A stretch of DNA of 64,000 nucleotides from Waterburya sp. (GCA_965217895.1 CBDCJV010000002.1:4864001-4928000); one strand, 5' to 3'. Counted from the stretch's first letter, positions 20,272 to 30,990 are shown. Numbers and translations: made by a program. Notes: a model not told the origin generated them from the sequence alone.

Positions 20272-21189
20272 ATGATAAACAAATCTCAACAAATAAATTC
20301 AAGTAGAAATCATTGGCATACTGAATTAACTAGTTTACCTAGTTGGCTAAAAAGAACAATTGGCAAGGCGAGTGAACTTTCTACCGTACAACGAATTATC
20401 AAACAAAGAAACATTCACACTATTTGTGAGGAGGGTAGATGTCCTAATCGGGGTGAATGTTATGCTAACCAGACAGCAACTTTTTTGTTAATGGGACAAA
20501 CCTGTACCCGCGCCTGTGCCTTTTGCCAAGTAGAGAAAGGTCATGCACCGATGACTTTAGATCCTGATGAACCTCAAAAAGTGGCTGATGCCGTTAGTTT
20601 ATTGAGTTTACGCTACGTTGTGCTTACTTCTGTAGCTAGAGATGACTTAGAAGATGGGGGTGCAGAGTGGTTTGTCAAGGTGATGAGTGCTATTCGCCTG
20701 AGTAATACCCAGACACAGATAGAGGTTTTAACTCCCGATTTTTGGAGTGGTAAATCAGCCGTAAGCAGCCAAAAGAATAGAGTTGCAACCGTGGTGGCAG
20801 CAAAACCAGCCTGTTATAACCACAACTTAGAGACTGTGGCTCGTTTGCAAGCACCAGTCAGGAGAGGGGCAAAATACGATCGCTCTTTAAATGTTTTGCG
20901 TTATGTCAAAGAACTAGATCCCACTATTCCTACTAAATCTGGCTTAATGCTGGGTTTAGGCGAAACAGAAGCCGAAATAATTCAAACCCTCCAAGATTTA
21001 CGGGCAATAAAATGCGATCGCCTGACCATCGGTCAGTATATGCGCCCTTCTCTGGCTCATTTGCCCGTGGAAAAATATTGGACTCCTGATGAATTTACGC
21101 GCTTAGGAGAAATTGCTCAAGAGTTAGGCTTCTCTCATGTTCGCTCTGCGCCTTTGGTTCGTAGTTCATATCATGCAGGAGAAGAATGA
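20272..21189 (+). CDS. lipA: Lipoyl synthase
   Basis: [20 protein letters not shown] radical-SAM motif, C-terminal RSSY. Confidence 0.96.
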   Translation: MINKSQQINSSRNHWHTELTSLPSWLKRTIGKASELSTVQRIIKQRNIHTICEEGRCPNRGECYANQTATFLLMGQTCTRACAFCQVEKGHAPMTLDPDEPQKVADAVSLLSLRYVVLTSVARDDLEDGGAEWFVKVMSAIRLSNTQTQIEVLTPDFWSGKSAVSSQKNRVATVVAAKPACYNHNLETVARLQAPVRRGAKYDRSLNVLRYVKELDPTIPTKSGLMLGLGETEAEIIQTLQDLRAIKCDRLTIGQYMRPSLAHLPVEKYWTPDEFTRLGEIAQELGFSHVRSAPLVRSSYHAGEE

Positions 21190-21197
21190 TTTTTAAT

Positions 21198-21282
21198 GTA
21201 GGGGCGAACGGTGAGGTAGCGCGGTCTTGTTGGTTTCCAACAAAGAGCGACTACCGAACCCGAAGGGCCGAACAGCCCCTAC
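21198..21282. repeat. Nested small dispersed repeat between lipA and priA
   Basis: GTAGGGGC...GCCCCTAC outer palindrome with a ~56-bp structured insert (TGAG...AACCCGAAGG). Confidence 0.75.
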
Positions 21283-23936
21283 TAGTCCATATTGATCGGA
21301 TCGACATCGATAGTCAGGCTGACAGATTGGGGCAGGTGCGATCGCAGGTTATTTAAGTCAGGTAAATTGGCTCTTTCGGCTGAAGGAAACTTGAGTAAAA
21401 TTTGCCAACGATAACGGCGGGCGACTCGCATAACACTTGCTGGTGCAGGGCCTAAAATGTCGAACTCGGAGTTAAGAATATCGCTCAGGCGATCGCAAAG
21501 AGTTCCAGCAGCCTGTTCTACTTCTTGCGGATCGATACTACTAAGCTTAATCAAAATCAGGTTGCCGTAGGGAGGATAGTTTAATTCTGCTCTCTGGCTT
21601 AATTCTGTCTGACTAAAGCTATTGTAGTCATGGGTTTTGACTGCTTGGATCACGGGGTGTTCTGGGGAGTAAGTCTGCACAATCACTTTGCCTAGAATGT
21701 CTCCTCTACCTGCCCTTCCTGCTACCTGGGTTAAGGTTTGAAAAGCCCTTTCTGCTGCCCGATAATCACTACGATGGAGTAAACCATCGGCGGCGACAAT
21801 ACCTACAACCGTCACACCTGCAATATCTAATCCCTTAGTCAGCATTTGAGTACCGATTAAAAGATCGGCTTCTTGATGGATAAAGCGATCGATTAACTGG
21901 CGATGCGCCCCTTTATTTCTGGTGGTGTCGCTATCAAAGCGAATACACCTAAGTTCAGGAAATAATTTTGCCAACTCCTGAGTGACTTTCTGCGTGCCAC
22001 TGCCAAAAAACTTAAGATAGGGAGAGCTACACTCAGGACAGGTATCAGGCTGCAAGCGAGTATAATTACAATAATGACAGCGCAATAGCTTGGCTGCACC
22101 TTCATGGCTATAGTGATAGGAAAGAGAGACATCACAGTCTGGGCATTCCATCACGTAACCACAACTGCGACAGGAGACAAAAGTACTATGTCCCCGTCGA
22201 GGGATAAATAATATACCCTGTTGTTTTTGTGACTGCATATCAGCGATCGCATTTTGCAGAGACAAACTAAAGATCGAGCGATTGCCTCGATTTAGTTCCT
22301 CTCGCAAATCGACTATTTCTACCTGGGGTAAAGGGCGAGAACCAATTCTTTCGGGTAAGGATAAATAAAATGTTTTGTTTGTTGATTTGGGATCTGGGTT
22401 TCCCGCAATTTCTAGGGGCGTTTCGCGTTGTAAGGGCGATTCGCCCTTCGGGTTCAACAGTTTGCTCAACGGGGGAAACCCCCGCAACGCAACTGTCTCA
22501 CGAATCGCCCCTACTAAACTTTCTAAAGACGGGGTGGCTGAACCCAAAACTAAAGGGCAATTTTCTAACTCTGCTCGCCACTGTGCCACTGTACGGGCGT
22601 GATAGGTTGGAATAGGGCGATCTTGCTTAAAACTAGAATCATGTTCTTCATCCAGGACAATTAAGCCCAAATTTGGCAAAGGTGCAAAGATAGCCGATCG
22701 CGTGCCGATAACTACTTGGGGTTCGCCTTGAATTGTTTGTCGCCAGGTGTCGTAACGTTCACCGTCAGAAAGCTTACTATGATATACACATACTTGTTCC
22801 CCAAAACGAGCGCGGAAGCGATCTGTTAGTTGGGGAGTCAAGCCAATTTCAGGGACTAGAACTAAAGCGGATTTTCCCTGTGCCAAAATTGGTGCGATCG
22901 CCTGAAGATATACTTCAGTTTTTCCCGAACCTGTTATCCCGTGTAAAAGAATCTTGGCATAATTAACCTGAGCATTAATTGCGGTTAAAGCATCTGCCTG
23001 TGCTTGACTTAGTTCTTTTGGTCGATCTTCTGTCTGCATAACTCCTTGCTCTTTACGCAGAATTTCTCTTTCAGAAAGAATCAAGTAGCCTTTGCTTTCT
23101 AACTTTTTAACCGTCGCTGAGGTAGTGCGACATAGCTGAAGCAATTCTTTAAGCCACAGTTCACCACCTCTATTTTTAAGTACCTGTAATATTTCTTTCT
23201 GTCTAGCTGTTAAATCATTTAAAAAACTTGTTGCTGCTAAGGTGACGGCAATTTTTAATTTTGGCTTGGCGCGTTTTGGTGGTTCGAGATAGTTTTCAAT
23301 CCAGCCTCGCTTACTTAGTTCGCGGATTCCCCGACTTGCTCCTTTGATCTGATTTCTGAGATAATTAACGCTATAGTTGCCCTCTTTTTGATTTTGTAGT
23401 AGTTGTAATATATTGCCTGCCACTAGGCTGCAAAAGGCTTCCGCACCAGGGGGAATAGCCTCAGTATTTAATCTAATTCTTCTTTGAGATCGCCCTAATA
23501 AACCAGGAGGAAGGGCAACGCGAATCACACTCATCAAATCGGCACAGTAATAGTCGGCAATTCGACTCAAAAGTTGCCAATAGGTATCGGCAAAAAAACC
23601 CGATATAACCACTTCATCAAGCGGGCGAATCCTATTAATATCAAAGTTTTGCGGAGGAGAGGCTAGTAAACGAATCGCAATCCCTCCAGTTATCTGCATT
23701 CCAAAAGGGACGCTGACAATATCACCTGAGCGTACTACTAAGTCTTCAGGCAGACTGTAGGTATATAGCCCTTGTATTCCAGGACAATCAACTAAAACTT
23801 CAACCCACTGTTGAGAATTGACTTGGTAACTCCCTTGGGGTTCGGCTGCTATCAAACTTGCTTGAGTAAAGGATTGCGATCGAGATAAGTCTTCGTAATT
23901 TAGCCCAGACAAATTGCTATAAATATCAGTTGACAT
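21282..23936 (-). CDS. priA: Primosomal protein N' (with in-frame repeat insertion)
   Basis: GITGSGKT, DEEH, SAT, CxxC zinc motifs, QVAGRAGR, C-terminal DVDP. Confidence 0.96.
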   Translation of the reverse strand: MSTDIYSNLSGLNYEDLSRSQSFTQASLIAAEPQGSYQVNSQQWVEVLVDCPGIQGLYTYSLPEDLVVRSGDIVSVPFGMQITGGIAIRLLASPPQNFDINRIRPLDEVVISGFFADTYWQLLSRIADYYCADLMSVIRVALPPGLLGRSQRRIRLNTEAIPPGAEAFCSLVAGNILQLLQNQKEGNYSVNYLRNQIKGASRGIRELSKRGWIENYLEPPKRAKPKLKIAVTLAATSFLNDLTARQKEILQVLKNRGGELWLKELLQLCRTTSATVKKLESKGYLILSEREILRKEQGVMQTEDRPKELSQAQADALTAINAQVNYAKILLHGITGSGKTEVYLQAIAPILAQGKSALVLVPEIGLTPQLTDRFRARFGEQVCVYHSKLSDGERYDTWRQTIQGEPQVVIGTRSAIFAPLPNLGLIVLDEEHDSSFKQDRPIPTYHARTVAQWRAELENCPLVLGSATPSLESLVGAIRETVALRGFPPLSKLLNPKGESPLQRETPLEIAGNPDPKSTNKTFYLSLPERIGSRPLPQVEIVDLREELNRGNRSIFSLSLQNAIADMQSQKQQGILFIPRRGHSTFVSCRSCGYVMECPDCDVSLSYHYSHEGAAKLLRCHYCNYTRLQPDTCPECSSPYLKFFGSGTQKVTQELAKLFPELRCIRFDSDTTRNKGAHRQLIDRFIHQEADLLIGTQMLTKGLDIAGVTVVGIVAADGLLHRSDYRAAERAFQTLTQVAGRAGRGDILGKVIVQTYSPEHPVIQAVKTHDYNSFSQTELSQRAELNYPPYGNLILIKLSSIDPQEVEQAAGTLCDRLSDILNSEFDILGPAPASVMRVARRYRWQILLKFPSAERANLPDLNNLRSHLPQSVSLTIDVDPINMD
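22412..22514 (-). repeat. Nested small dispersed repeat inserted in frame within priA
   Basis: GTAGGGGCGATTCG[57 bp]CGAATCGCCCTTAC plus a partial second arm; encodes VGAIRETVALRGFPPLSKLLNPKGESPLQRETPL. Confidence 0.8.
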
Positions 23937-24268
23937 CAAAACAAAACTTTTATTTGCTCGTACAAAAATACTATCCTACATTTTTGTGCTTTTATCTAGA
24001 GCAATTTACTTAAACATAAGTAATTTTACTGAGGAATTTTAAATTTCGTTTACATAAGAAATTATAGTGGTTTAGAAAAAAAGATAACTAGTGTTTCTCA
24101 AGTTACAATTTTTAATTTTAATAAATGCTACCCATATTATTCAGGGTTTCCAAACTAAATAAAATTTGACCAACAAAAATATTTAAGTGTGACTAATACT
24201 CAATTAGTAGCAACGGTCTAAAAATGACCAAAAATAAGTCATAGCTTCCTTATAAACATTCATTTTAA

Positions 24269-24282
24269 GTAAGAACGACTAC
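24269..24282. promoter_or_regulatory. Candidate NtcA box upstream of sigE
   Basis: GTA-AGAACGAC-TAC fits GTA-N8-TAC; no clear -10 box at the canonical spacing. Confidence 0.3.
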
Positions 24283-24717
24283 ATTTTTTATCTAGATTTA
24301 ATGAAAAAATACAAGATTATTAGCGAGCAAAGTTGCAGCTAAACTGGAGTTTGTTTAAATAACTAAACATAAGTAAACAAAAGCTGTTACTCTTGTTTTT
24401 GCTAGGGATATGCTAAATCATAAATCTCTTCCACTCTAGTTCGTGATAAAAAGTTGTTAAGAAAAAGTTTGTTTTTGTAACGGTAATTAATAAACATGAG
24501 ATTTTAGTCATTAAGATATAAATTAAGCTGGCAAAAAACAAAGTTACTAAACTCAGTTATTTTTCTTTTGACTCTCAAAGTTTTGAAGTTTAATCATAAA
24601 TATAAATAGAGCATAAAAATATAAGTAAAACAAATAAAAATCTATAACATCAGTAAAGGTTAATTATCAATATTTCTTTAAAATAAGACCTCTTTTAATA
24701 AAATAGGAAGCAAAGCA

Positions 24718-25827
24718 ATGACTACAGTGAAATTAGCAGAAAACCATAATTACAGCGTAGACATTTTAAGCAATGAAGATTCGGAATTTATCAAAGAAGA
24801 TTTAAAGCTGGTTGAAGCAGAATTTTCTCTAGAAAATCACTATGGTGCTGACGCTGGGAGTCGGCGCAAACTTCCTTTAGAGGATAATATTGGGGCTTTT
24901 TTCAAAGAAATGGCTCGCTATCCTTTATTGACCGCTGAGGAAGAAATTATCTTAGCCAATGATGTCAAGCTATTGCTTCAGGTAGAAAATACTCGACAAA
25001 AGTTAGCGCAAGAAAAAGAGGTAAAACCAAACAAGGCTGAATTAGTCACAGCAATGGGATTAGAATCAGAACGTCAGCTAGATTTGCTGCTCTACCGAGG
25101 AAAAGTAGCCAAGCGCAAAATGATTCGTTCCAATTTACGTCTGGTAGTCTCCATTGCCAAGCGTTATCTCAATCGTGGTGTACCTTTTCTTGATTTGATT
25201 CAAGAAGGAGCGATCGGTTTAAATAGAGCCACTGAAAAGTTCGATCCTAACAAAGGCTATAAGTTTTCTACCTATGCCTATTGGTGGATTCGTCAGGCAA
25301 TTACCCGCACTATTGCCAATGATGCTCGCACAATTCGTTTACCTATTCATATAGTTGAAAAGCTTAACAAGCTTAAAAAAGCCCAGCGTAACCTAAAGCA
25401 AAAGTTACAGCGCAACCCTAGCGAAACTGAATTAGCCAAAGAATTAAAAACATCTACTTCGCAGTTGCGTCAACTTCTAGAGTTGCGTCGCCAATCTTTA
25501 TCCCTTAATCATCGCGTTGGCAAAGCCGAAGACACAGAACTAGTCGATCTTTTAGAAGATAGCGATCTGCAACTTCCTGAAGAGCGAATGAATGAAACCA
25601 TGATGCGTCAGGAAATTACTGATGTTTTAGATGATGTATTAACACAGCGAGAAAAAGACGTGATTTGTTTACGTTACGGTTTATCCACTAGCCAACCTTA
25701 CACCCTAGAAGAAGTAGGGGGAATGTTTAGTCTATCTCGTGAAAGAGTGCGCCAGATTCAAAGTAAAGCAATGCGGAAGCTACGTCGCCCTCAGGTAGCT
25801 CGTCGTCTTAAGGGATGGTTAAACTAA
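24718..25827 (+). CDS. sigE: Group 2 RNA polymerase sigma factor (SigE-type)
   Basis: GAFFKEMARYPLL region 1.2 (recalled as SigE-like), NLRLVVSIAKRY, FSTYAYWWIRQ, region 4 HTH. Confidence 0.85.
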   Translation: MTTVKLAENHNYSVDILSNEDSEFIKEDLKLVEAEFSLENHYGADAGSRRKLPLEDNIGAFFKEMARYPLLTAEEEIILANDVKLLLQVENTRQKLAQEKEVKPNKAELVTAMGLESERQLDLLLYRGKVAKRKMIRSNLRLVVSIAKRYLNRGVPFLDLIQEGAIGLNRATEKFDPNKGYKFSTYAYWWIRQAITRTIANDARTIRLPIHIVEKLNKLKKAQRNLKQKLQRNPSETELAKELKTSTSQLRQLLELRRQSLSLNHRVGKAEDTELVDLLEDSDLQLPEERMNETMMRQEITDVLDDVLTQREKDVICLRYGLSTSQPYTLEEVGGMFSLSRERVRQIQSKAMRKLRRPQVARRLKGWLN

Positions 25828-26108
25828 TATACAAGTAGTGACGAATAATCAACAATCGAAGCAGCAAGCAGTTATAAGCTTTGAGGCTTCTTTTTTTTTG
25901 TGGCTCAAACCCAATCTACTTTGAAAACCGTAGTTTTTCTTTTTAAGGTTCAAGATGCTTTTTAATCAATGGGCGATCGCCTTTAGGCTAATAATTATAC
26001 TTAATCCTGTTGAGATACATTATTTAAAAGTGTTGAACCGATTGAAATGCTGGAAAATCCAGTAAATTGATGCTTATTACTGACCCGCAGCGGTACTAGA
26101 CGTGTTGT

Positions 26109-27290
26109 ATGAACCAAACATTTAAGAATCTAGCCCAACTGTATAAAGATACTTTGCTCAATGATGTAGTTCCTTTTTGGTCAAAGCATTCGGTTGACGA
26201 GGAATATGGTGGCTATTTTACTTGTTTAGATCGGCAAGGAAATGTCTATGATACCGATAAGTTTATCTGGTTGCAAAATCGTCAGGTATGGACATATTCC
26301 ATGTTGTACAACCGTTTAGATCCTCAGGAAGAATGGTTGAAAATCGCCAAACAGGGAGCAGATTTTCTGGCTCAAAATGGACGGGATGAGTTGGGGAATT
26401 GGTATTTTGCTTTAGATCGAGCTGGACAGCCTCTAGTTCAACCCTATAATATTTTTTCAGATTGTTTTGCAGCCATGGCTTTTAGTCAATATGCCTTGGC
26501 TTCTGGAGATGAAAACGCCAAAGAAATTGCTTTGCAAGCATACAACAACGTATTACGTCGTCAGCATAACCCTAAAGGTAAATATAACAAAGCTTTTCCA
26601 GGCACGCGATCGCTCAAGAGTTTAGCTGTACCCATGATTTTAGCTAACCTATCTTTGGAGATGGACTGGCTGCTTGAGAGTAGTCAGCTAGAAAAGATTT
26701 TAGCAGCAACAGTTCAAGAAGTAATGGGCGATTTTTTAGATACTGAGACAGGATTGATGTACGAAAACGTGACCCCCGAAGGCAAACATTTAGATTGTTT
26801 TGATGGTAGGTTAATTAATCCTGGTCATGGTATTGAAGCAATGTGGTTTGTCATGGATATTGCTAATCGTGGTCATGATTTAGATTTAGTTAATCAGGCT
26901 GTTGATGTAGTTTTAAATACTCTTAAGTTTAGCTGGGACAAAGAATATCAGGGTATTTATTATTTTATGGATGCTCAAGGACATCCCCTTCATCAACTGG
27001 AATGGGATCAAAAACTTTGGTGGGTACATTTAGAAACTTTAGTAGCTTTATTGATGGGATTTAATTTAACTGGACGACAGGACTGTTTAGATTGGTTTGA
27101 AAAAGTTCATAACTATACATGGAAGCATTTTCTTGATGATGATTATGGAGCATGGTTTGGTTATTTAAATAGAGAGGGAAAAGTCTTATTAAATCTCAAA
27201 GGTGGCAAATGGAAAGGCTTTTTTCATGTTCCCCGTGCCTTATATATATGTTGGCAACAGTTGGCAACTTTACATTTGAAATCGAAATAG
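26109..27290 (+). CDS. N-acylglucosamine 2-epimerase (AGE family)
   Basis: [38 protein letters not shown]. Confidence 0.92.
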   Translation: MNQTFKNLAQLYKDTLLNDVVPFWSKHSVDEEYGGYFTCLDRQGNVYDTDKFIWLQNRQVWTYSMLYNRLDPQEEWLKIAKQGADFLAQNGRDELGNWYFALDRAGQPLVQPYNIFSDCFAAMAFSQYALASGDENAKEIALQAYNNVLRRQHNPKGKYNKAFPGTRSLKSLAVPMILANLSLEMDWLLESSQLEKILAATVQEVMGDFLDTETGLMYENVTPEGKHLDCFDGRLINPGHGIEAMWFVMDIANRGHDLDLVNQAVDVVLNTLKFSWDKEYQGIYYFMDAQGHPLHQLEWDQKLWWVHLETLVALLMGFNLTGRQDCLDWFEKVHNYTWKHFLDDDYGAWFGYLNREGKVLLNLKGGKWKGFFHVPRALYICWQQLATLHLKSK

Positions 27291-27398
27291 TTGCTAATCA
27301 GAAACAAAGTCATTGCCAAATCTAAATCTACAATTACAATAAGAACGTTTATAATTTTTGAATAAACAAAAAAATTTTATTACGTTAAATAAAAAATT

Positions 27399-27827
27399 AT
27401 GGTTAGAAGAGGAACACAGGCAGCAGGTGGATTTTTAGCGGGTTTTCGCGACTTCATTATGCGCGGTAATGTTGTCGATCTGGCTGTGGCAGTAATTATT
27501 GGTGCGGCATTTAGTAAGATTATTGATTCTTTGGTAGGTGATATTATTACCCCTGCAATTCTTAATCCAGCTATGAAGGCTGCTGGAGTAGATCAACTCT
27601 CACAATTATCCGCAGGTGGGATTCAATACGGTTTATTCATAGCGGCAGTTTTAAACTTTATAGTAATTGCTTTTTGTATATATGTGCTTGTGCAGGCTTT
27701 TGAAAAAGCAAAAAAACGCGTGATTCGCCAAGAGGCACTAGAAGAAGAACCTGATGCTAATCTAGTAGCTCAAGAAAGGTTGACTGGTGCTATCGAACAA
27801 TTGACTCATGTAATACAAACAAAGTAA
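27399..27827 (+). CDS. mscL: Large-conductance mechanosensitive channel
   Basis: FIMRGNVVDLAVAVIIGAAF...YGLFI. Confidence 0.96.
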   Translation: MVRRGTQAAGGFLAGFRDFIMRGNVVDLAVAVIIGAAFSKIIDSLVGDIITPAILNPAMKAAGVDQLSQLSAGGIQYGLFIAAVLNFIVIAFCIYVLVQAFEKAKKRVIRQEALEEEPDANLVAQERLTGAIEQLTHVIQTK

Positions 27828-27901
27828 AAGCTTTTATAAATAGAGCTATTTTTCTGCTAATGAGCGTCTTAGATGACCTCGTTAGCTTTTTAATTTAGAA
27901 G

Positions 27902-29023
27902 CTAGTGCAGCCAATAAGCGATCGCCACTAGTAAAATATTAACTAAATAAAAGGCACCAACTACCTGAGTTTCACCCCAGCCACTTAGTTCAAAATGATG
28001 ATGAAGGGGAGCCATTTTAAATAAGCGTTTACCTATGCCTTCAGAGGTTTTAGTTGCCTTGTAATAAGTGACCTGAGCGATCACCGATAAAGATTCCACA
28101 AAGAAAATACCGCTAACTACAAATAATGCCCAAAGATTGCCGCTACTAAGTCCAACTGCTGCCAATGCACCCCCCAAAGCTAAAGAGCCTGTATCCCCCA
28201 TAAATACTGTGGCAGGATTGCAGTTGTGAACCAAAAAGCCCAGGCATCCACCGCTAAGACAAGCGCAAAAAATGGACAGATCGCCATAACCAGGACTAAT
28301 AATTGCCCCTAAACCCAATAAAGCGATCGCGCCTGTCCCCGCAGCTAATCCGTCTACTCCATCGGTAAAGTTGGTAGCGTTGCTTTCAGCCGTGAGAACA
28401 AACAGTGCCAAGGGCAAAAAAAACCAACCTAAAGCTAAATGCACTTCTCCTGGCAGGCGAATATCTGTAATTGAAGGAAACTGATGCCAGAAAAGCCACA
28501 GGGTAAAAGCTACTCCAAATAAAACTTGCAAAGTTAGCTTCATCCGAGGGGATATGCCCTTATTGGATTTACGTCGCAATACTTGCCAATCATCAATCCA
28601 GCCAATAAAGCCATAGCCGAAGGTAAGTAAACAAACAGCAATCAACTCAGGCGAAATGGATACTCTACCGTTAGTCAACTTTACCCAAATCAAAGATGCA
28701 GCTATAGCTACAGTCACAAAAAAAATTCCTCCCATTGTGGGAGTTCCCGCTTTTTGTAAATGACTCTGAGGACCATCTTCCTGGACAATTTGCCCTGTTT
28801 TCAGCTTGTTGAGTATGGGAATAACCCAAAATCCCAACAAAGCACTGATCACAGCGCAGCCTAAAAGAGGAAATAATAGCGAACCCCATTGCTGACTCGG
28901 AGAACGACCAGCAGATTCAAAAGCGATCGCTCCTATGGTTAAAACACAGATCAGAAAAATTAATAAGGCTTTACCAGAAGGATTAATTAATTTTCCCGTA
29001 GAAAGTGATTTAGCATTCACCAT
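27902..29023 (-). CDS. mraY: Phospho-N-acetylmuramoyl-pentapeptide transferase
   Basis: KAGTPTMGG, NATNFTDGVDGL, FMGDTGS, MAPLHHHFE. Confidence 0.96.
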   Translation of the reverse strand: MVNAKSLSTGKLINPSGKALLIFLICVLTIGAIAFESAGRSPSQQWGSLLFPLLGCAVISALLGFWVIPILNKLKTGQIVQEDGPQSHLQKAGTPTMGGIFFVTVAIAASLIWVKLTNGRVSISPELIAVCLLTFGYGFIGWIDDWQVLRRKSNKGISPRMKLTLQVLFGVAFTLWLFWHQFPSITDIRLPGEVHLALGWFFLPLALFVLTAESNATNFTDGVDGLAAGTGAIALLGLGAIISPGYGDLSIFCACLSGGCLGFLVHNCNPATVFMGDTGSLALGGALAAVGLSSGNLWALFVVSGIFFVESLSVIAQVTYYKATKTSEGIGKRLFKMAPLHHHFELSGWGETQVVGAFYLVNILLVAIAYWLH

Positions 29024-29088
29024 TAAATTACGTTAAGTTTCCGAAAATTATTGGTCATCACGAAATGTTGAATTGACAAAGATTTTAT

Positions 29089-29244
29089 GGCGTTGGTGAT
29101 TTTATGTATGACGTACAAACTATTTCTGTTCGTAGCTCTTAGCTCTTAGCTCTTAGCTCTTAGCTCTTAGCTTTTAGCCTTTAGCTTTTTTAATCCTGTA
29201 AAAAATTACAATCTCAAGAAATCATACCTAGATTCACCAACGCC
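29089..29244 (+). mobile_element. MITE family B (IS1-like GGnnnTG ends) with perfect 8-bp target duplication
   Basis: 23-bp imperfect TIR GGCGTTGGTGA.../...TCACCAACGCC flanked by GATTTTAT on both sides; internal TAGCTCT heptamers. Confidence 0.85.
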
Positions 29245-29292
29245 GATTTTATCTTTTTGGCCATCCTTATTTTTTAATCGATTTGCTGAATT

Positions 29293-29529
29293 TTAATCAT
29301 CATCATCAGCAACAACAACATCATCTACAAAATCATCGTCATCACCATCCATGAGAACATCCAAATCATCGTCAGATTTAACTTTTTCTTTCTCTACTTC
29401 TACTGGTTCACGAGGAATTAGACGATTACTAGCTTTGAGCCAGTCTAGTAAAGATGCTTCTTGCTTAAGAGGGATCACAATTGCAGGTTCGTAACGAGGT
29501 TCTTGTACTAAAGCAGGATTTTTATCCAT
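29293..29529 (-). CDS. Small acidic cyanobacterial protein (DUF3134-like)
   Basis: NPAL.QEPRYEPA.VIPLKQE.SLLDWL...RLIPR followed by an Asp-rich tail. Confidence 0.8.
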   Translation of the reverse strand: MDKNPALVQEPRYEPAIVIPLKQEASLLDWLKASNRLIPREPVEVEKEKVKSDDDLDVLMDGDDDDFVDDVVVADDDD

Positions 29530-29620
29530 AATTGATGATACTGATGAAATTTATGATTGTGGGCTTAAAATTATATACTATCTTTTTTCTTATTTCTTTT
29601 CTTTTTCTTAAAAGCTCGCC

Positions 29621-30475
29621 TCAAACATCGAATACAGAAGTATTTTCCCTCAAGATCTTAGCAGATTGCCGATAGCTGTAATTAGATTGAATATTTTGAG
29701 CTTCGTGCTTATCAGGTTTAGTCCAATCATAGCTATGGTAAAAAACTGACTCCACAAGTCCTACAGCTATTAATCTAAAAGCGATCTCTTGAATTGTTGA
29801 TAATGATTGCTTCATTAATATAGTTATATCCATAAGCGAAGTTTTGCCATTAGCTAACTCCCAAATTTCGCGCTCGACTGCCGTTAGTTTAAGATGCGAT
29901 CGCTCAACAACACGTTGCAGAGCAAAACTAGGTTCTGGTAAGTGATTGCTAAAATTTTCCCAATTGCTTATGAGTCTGAGGGCATACATAGTAACTTCAG
30001 TAGTTTTTATCTGTTGTCCAGTCATTTCTAGCCAAGGAACTGTCAAAATTCGATTTGAAAGCTGAGAAAAATCATCAAATCTGAAGCGACCGCCATCTAG
30101 CTGAAATAGACGATAAACTTGATGAAGCTGCAATTGAAAAACCAAGCTTAACTTTTCCTTGTTTAACAGCTTTTTTCTGTGTAAATAAACTCCTAAAGGC
30201 ATTGAGGTAGGACATAAAGTCCTTAGTCTAGAAACAATTAGGGGGCTTAACCATCCTCTCCCCGCAATTAAATTAATCAAACCTTTTTGATTTATGCAAT
30301 CACTGACTGCAATTAGCTGCCCTTCTTTAAACCAAATATAGTATATGCCTTTGCGTTTTGCGGTTTTGCTAGAAATTGGAGTTTCGATAATCAGACGACC
30401 TGATTTGGAGTCACGTTCAATTAATTCAAATAACTTTGGAAGTGAAAATGATTCAAGAGAGCGAATAATACTCAT
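29621..30475 (-). CDS. PATAN/DUF4388-domain protein
   Basis: LESFSLPKLFELI..KSGRL, YIWFKEGQLIA, PLGVYL, FQL..GRFRF. Confidence 0.75.
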   Translation of the reverse strand: MSIIRSLESFSLPKLFELIERDSKSGRLIIETPISSKTAKRKGIYYIWFKEGQLIAVSDCINQKGLINLIAGRGWLSPLIVSRLRTLCPTSMPLGVYLHRKKLLNKEKLSLVFQLQLHQVYRLFQLDGGRFRFDDFSQLSNRILTVPWLEMTGQQIKTTEVTMYALRLISNWENFSNHLPEPSFALQRVVERSHLKLTAVEREIWELANGKTSLMDITILMKQSLSTIQEIAFRLIAVGLVESVFYHSYDWTKPDKHEAQNIQSNYSYRQSAKILRENTSVFDV

Positions 30476-30823
30476 TGGTAATTAGCTTCTCCCATAAAAT
30501 TCTGTTGATAACCTTTGTTTTTATTTTTGTCTAACAACACAATCGCTGCTCTCAAAAGCTTTAATCAAATTACTTAAACAAGATAACTTAGTTTATTATA
30601 AGGGAATCGCTAAAGTTCTATTTTGTAATTATTAGTTCTCGAATTTTCTATGATCGTAAAAACCGCGATTTATACAAACATAAATTTGCTTTCTTTAATA
30701 TCTTCCCAAGATAATTAAGCTTTTTTCTTCAACTACCAATTCAATAAATTAGCTAGCAAAAGTGACAAATTACTGGGCATAGAATATGTTGCTTGCACCC
30801 TTGACAGTATACGCGGTTTAAGC

Positions 30824-30860
30824 CTTTGTTTCAATGCGGGAAACCCGCGCAACGAACTTG
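30824..30860. repeat. Third, partial relative of the priA insert hairpin
   Basis: TCAATGCGGGAAACCCGCGCAACG versus TCAACGGGGGAAACCCCCGCAACG in priA. Confidence 0.55.
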
Positions 30861-30990
30861 TCCGCATATAATGCTTTTTGATGTTAAATCCTTTAGAGGA
30901 TCTTACTTTTACTTCTGCCCACCAAAAACACGGCTTGATTTCTCAGAAACTTGACCATAACCATTATTATGCACGAGGGTTTGTGTGCTT

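Noticed and set aside
22412..22514. Intein or self-splicing intron in priA
   Set aside because: Too short; no Cys/Ser...His-Asn intein termini or intron core; explained by dispersed repeats
7148..22966. Short shadow ORFs (e.g. 7148, 7279, 8032, 10104, 13809, 16014, 16281, 16656, 17073, 19704, 21893, 22370, 22375, 22733)
   Set aside because: They overlap well-supported genes in antisense or alternative frames and have no motifs
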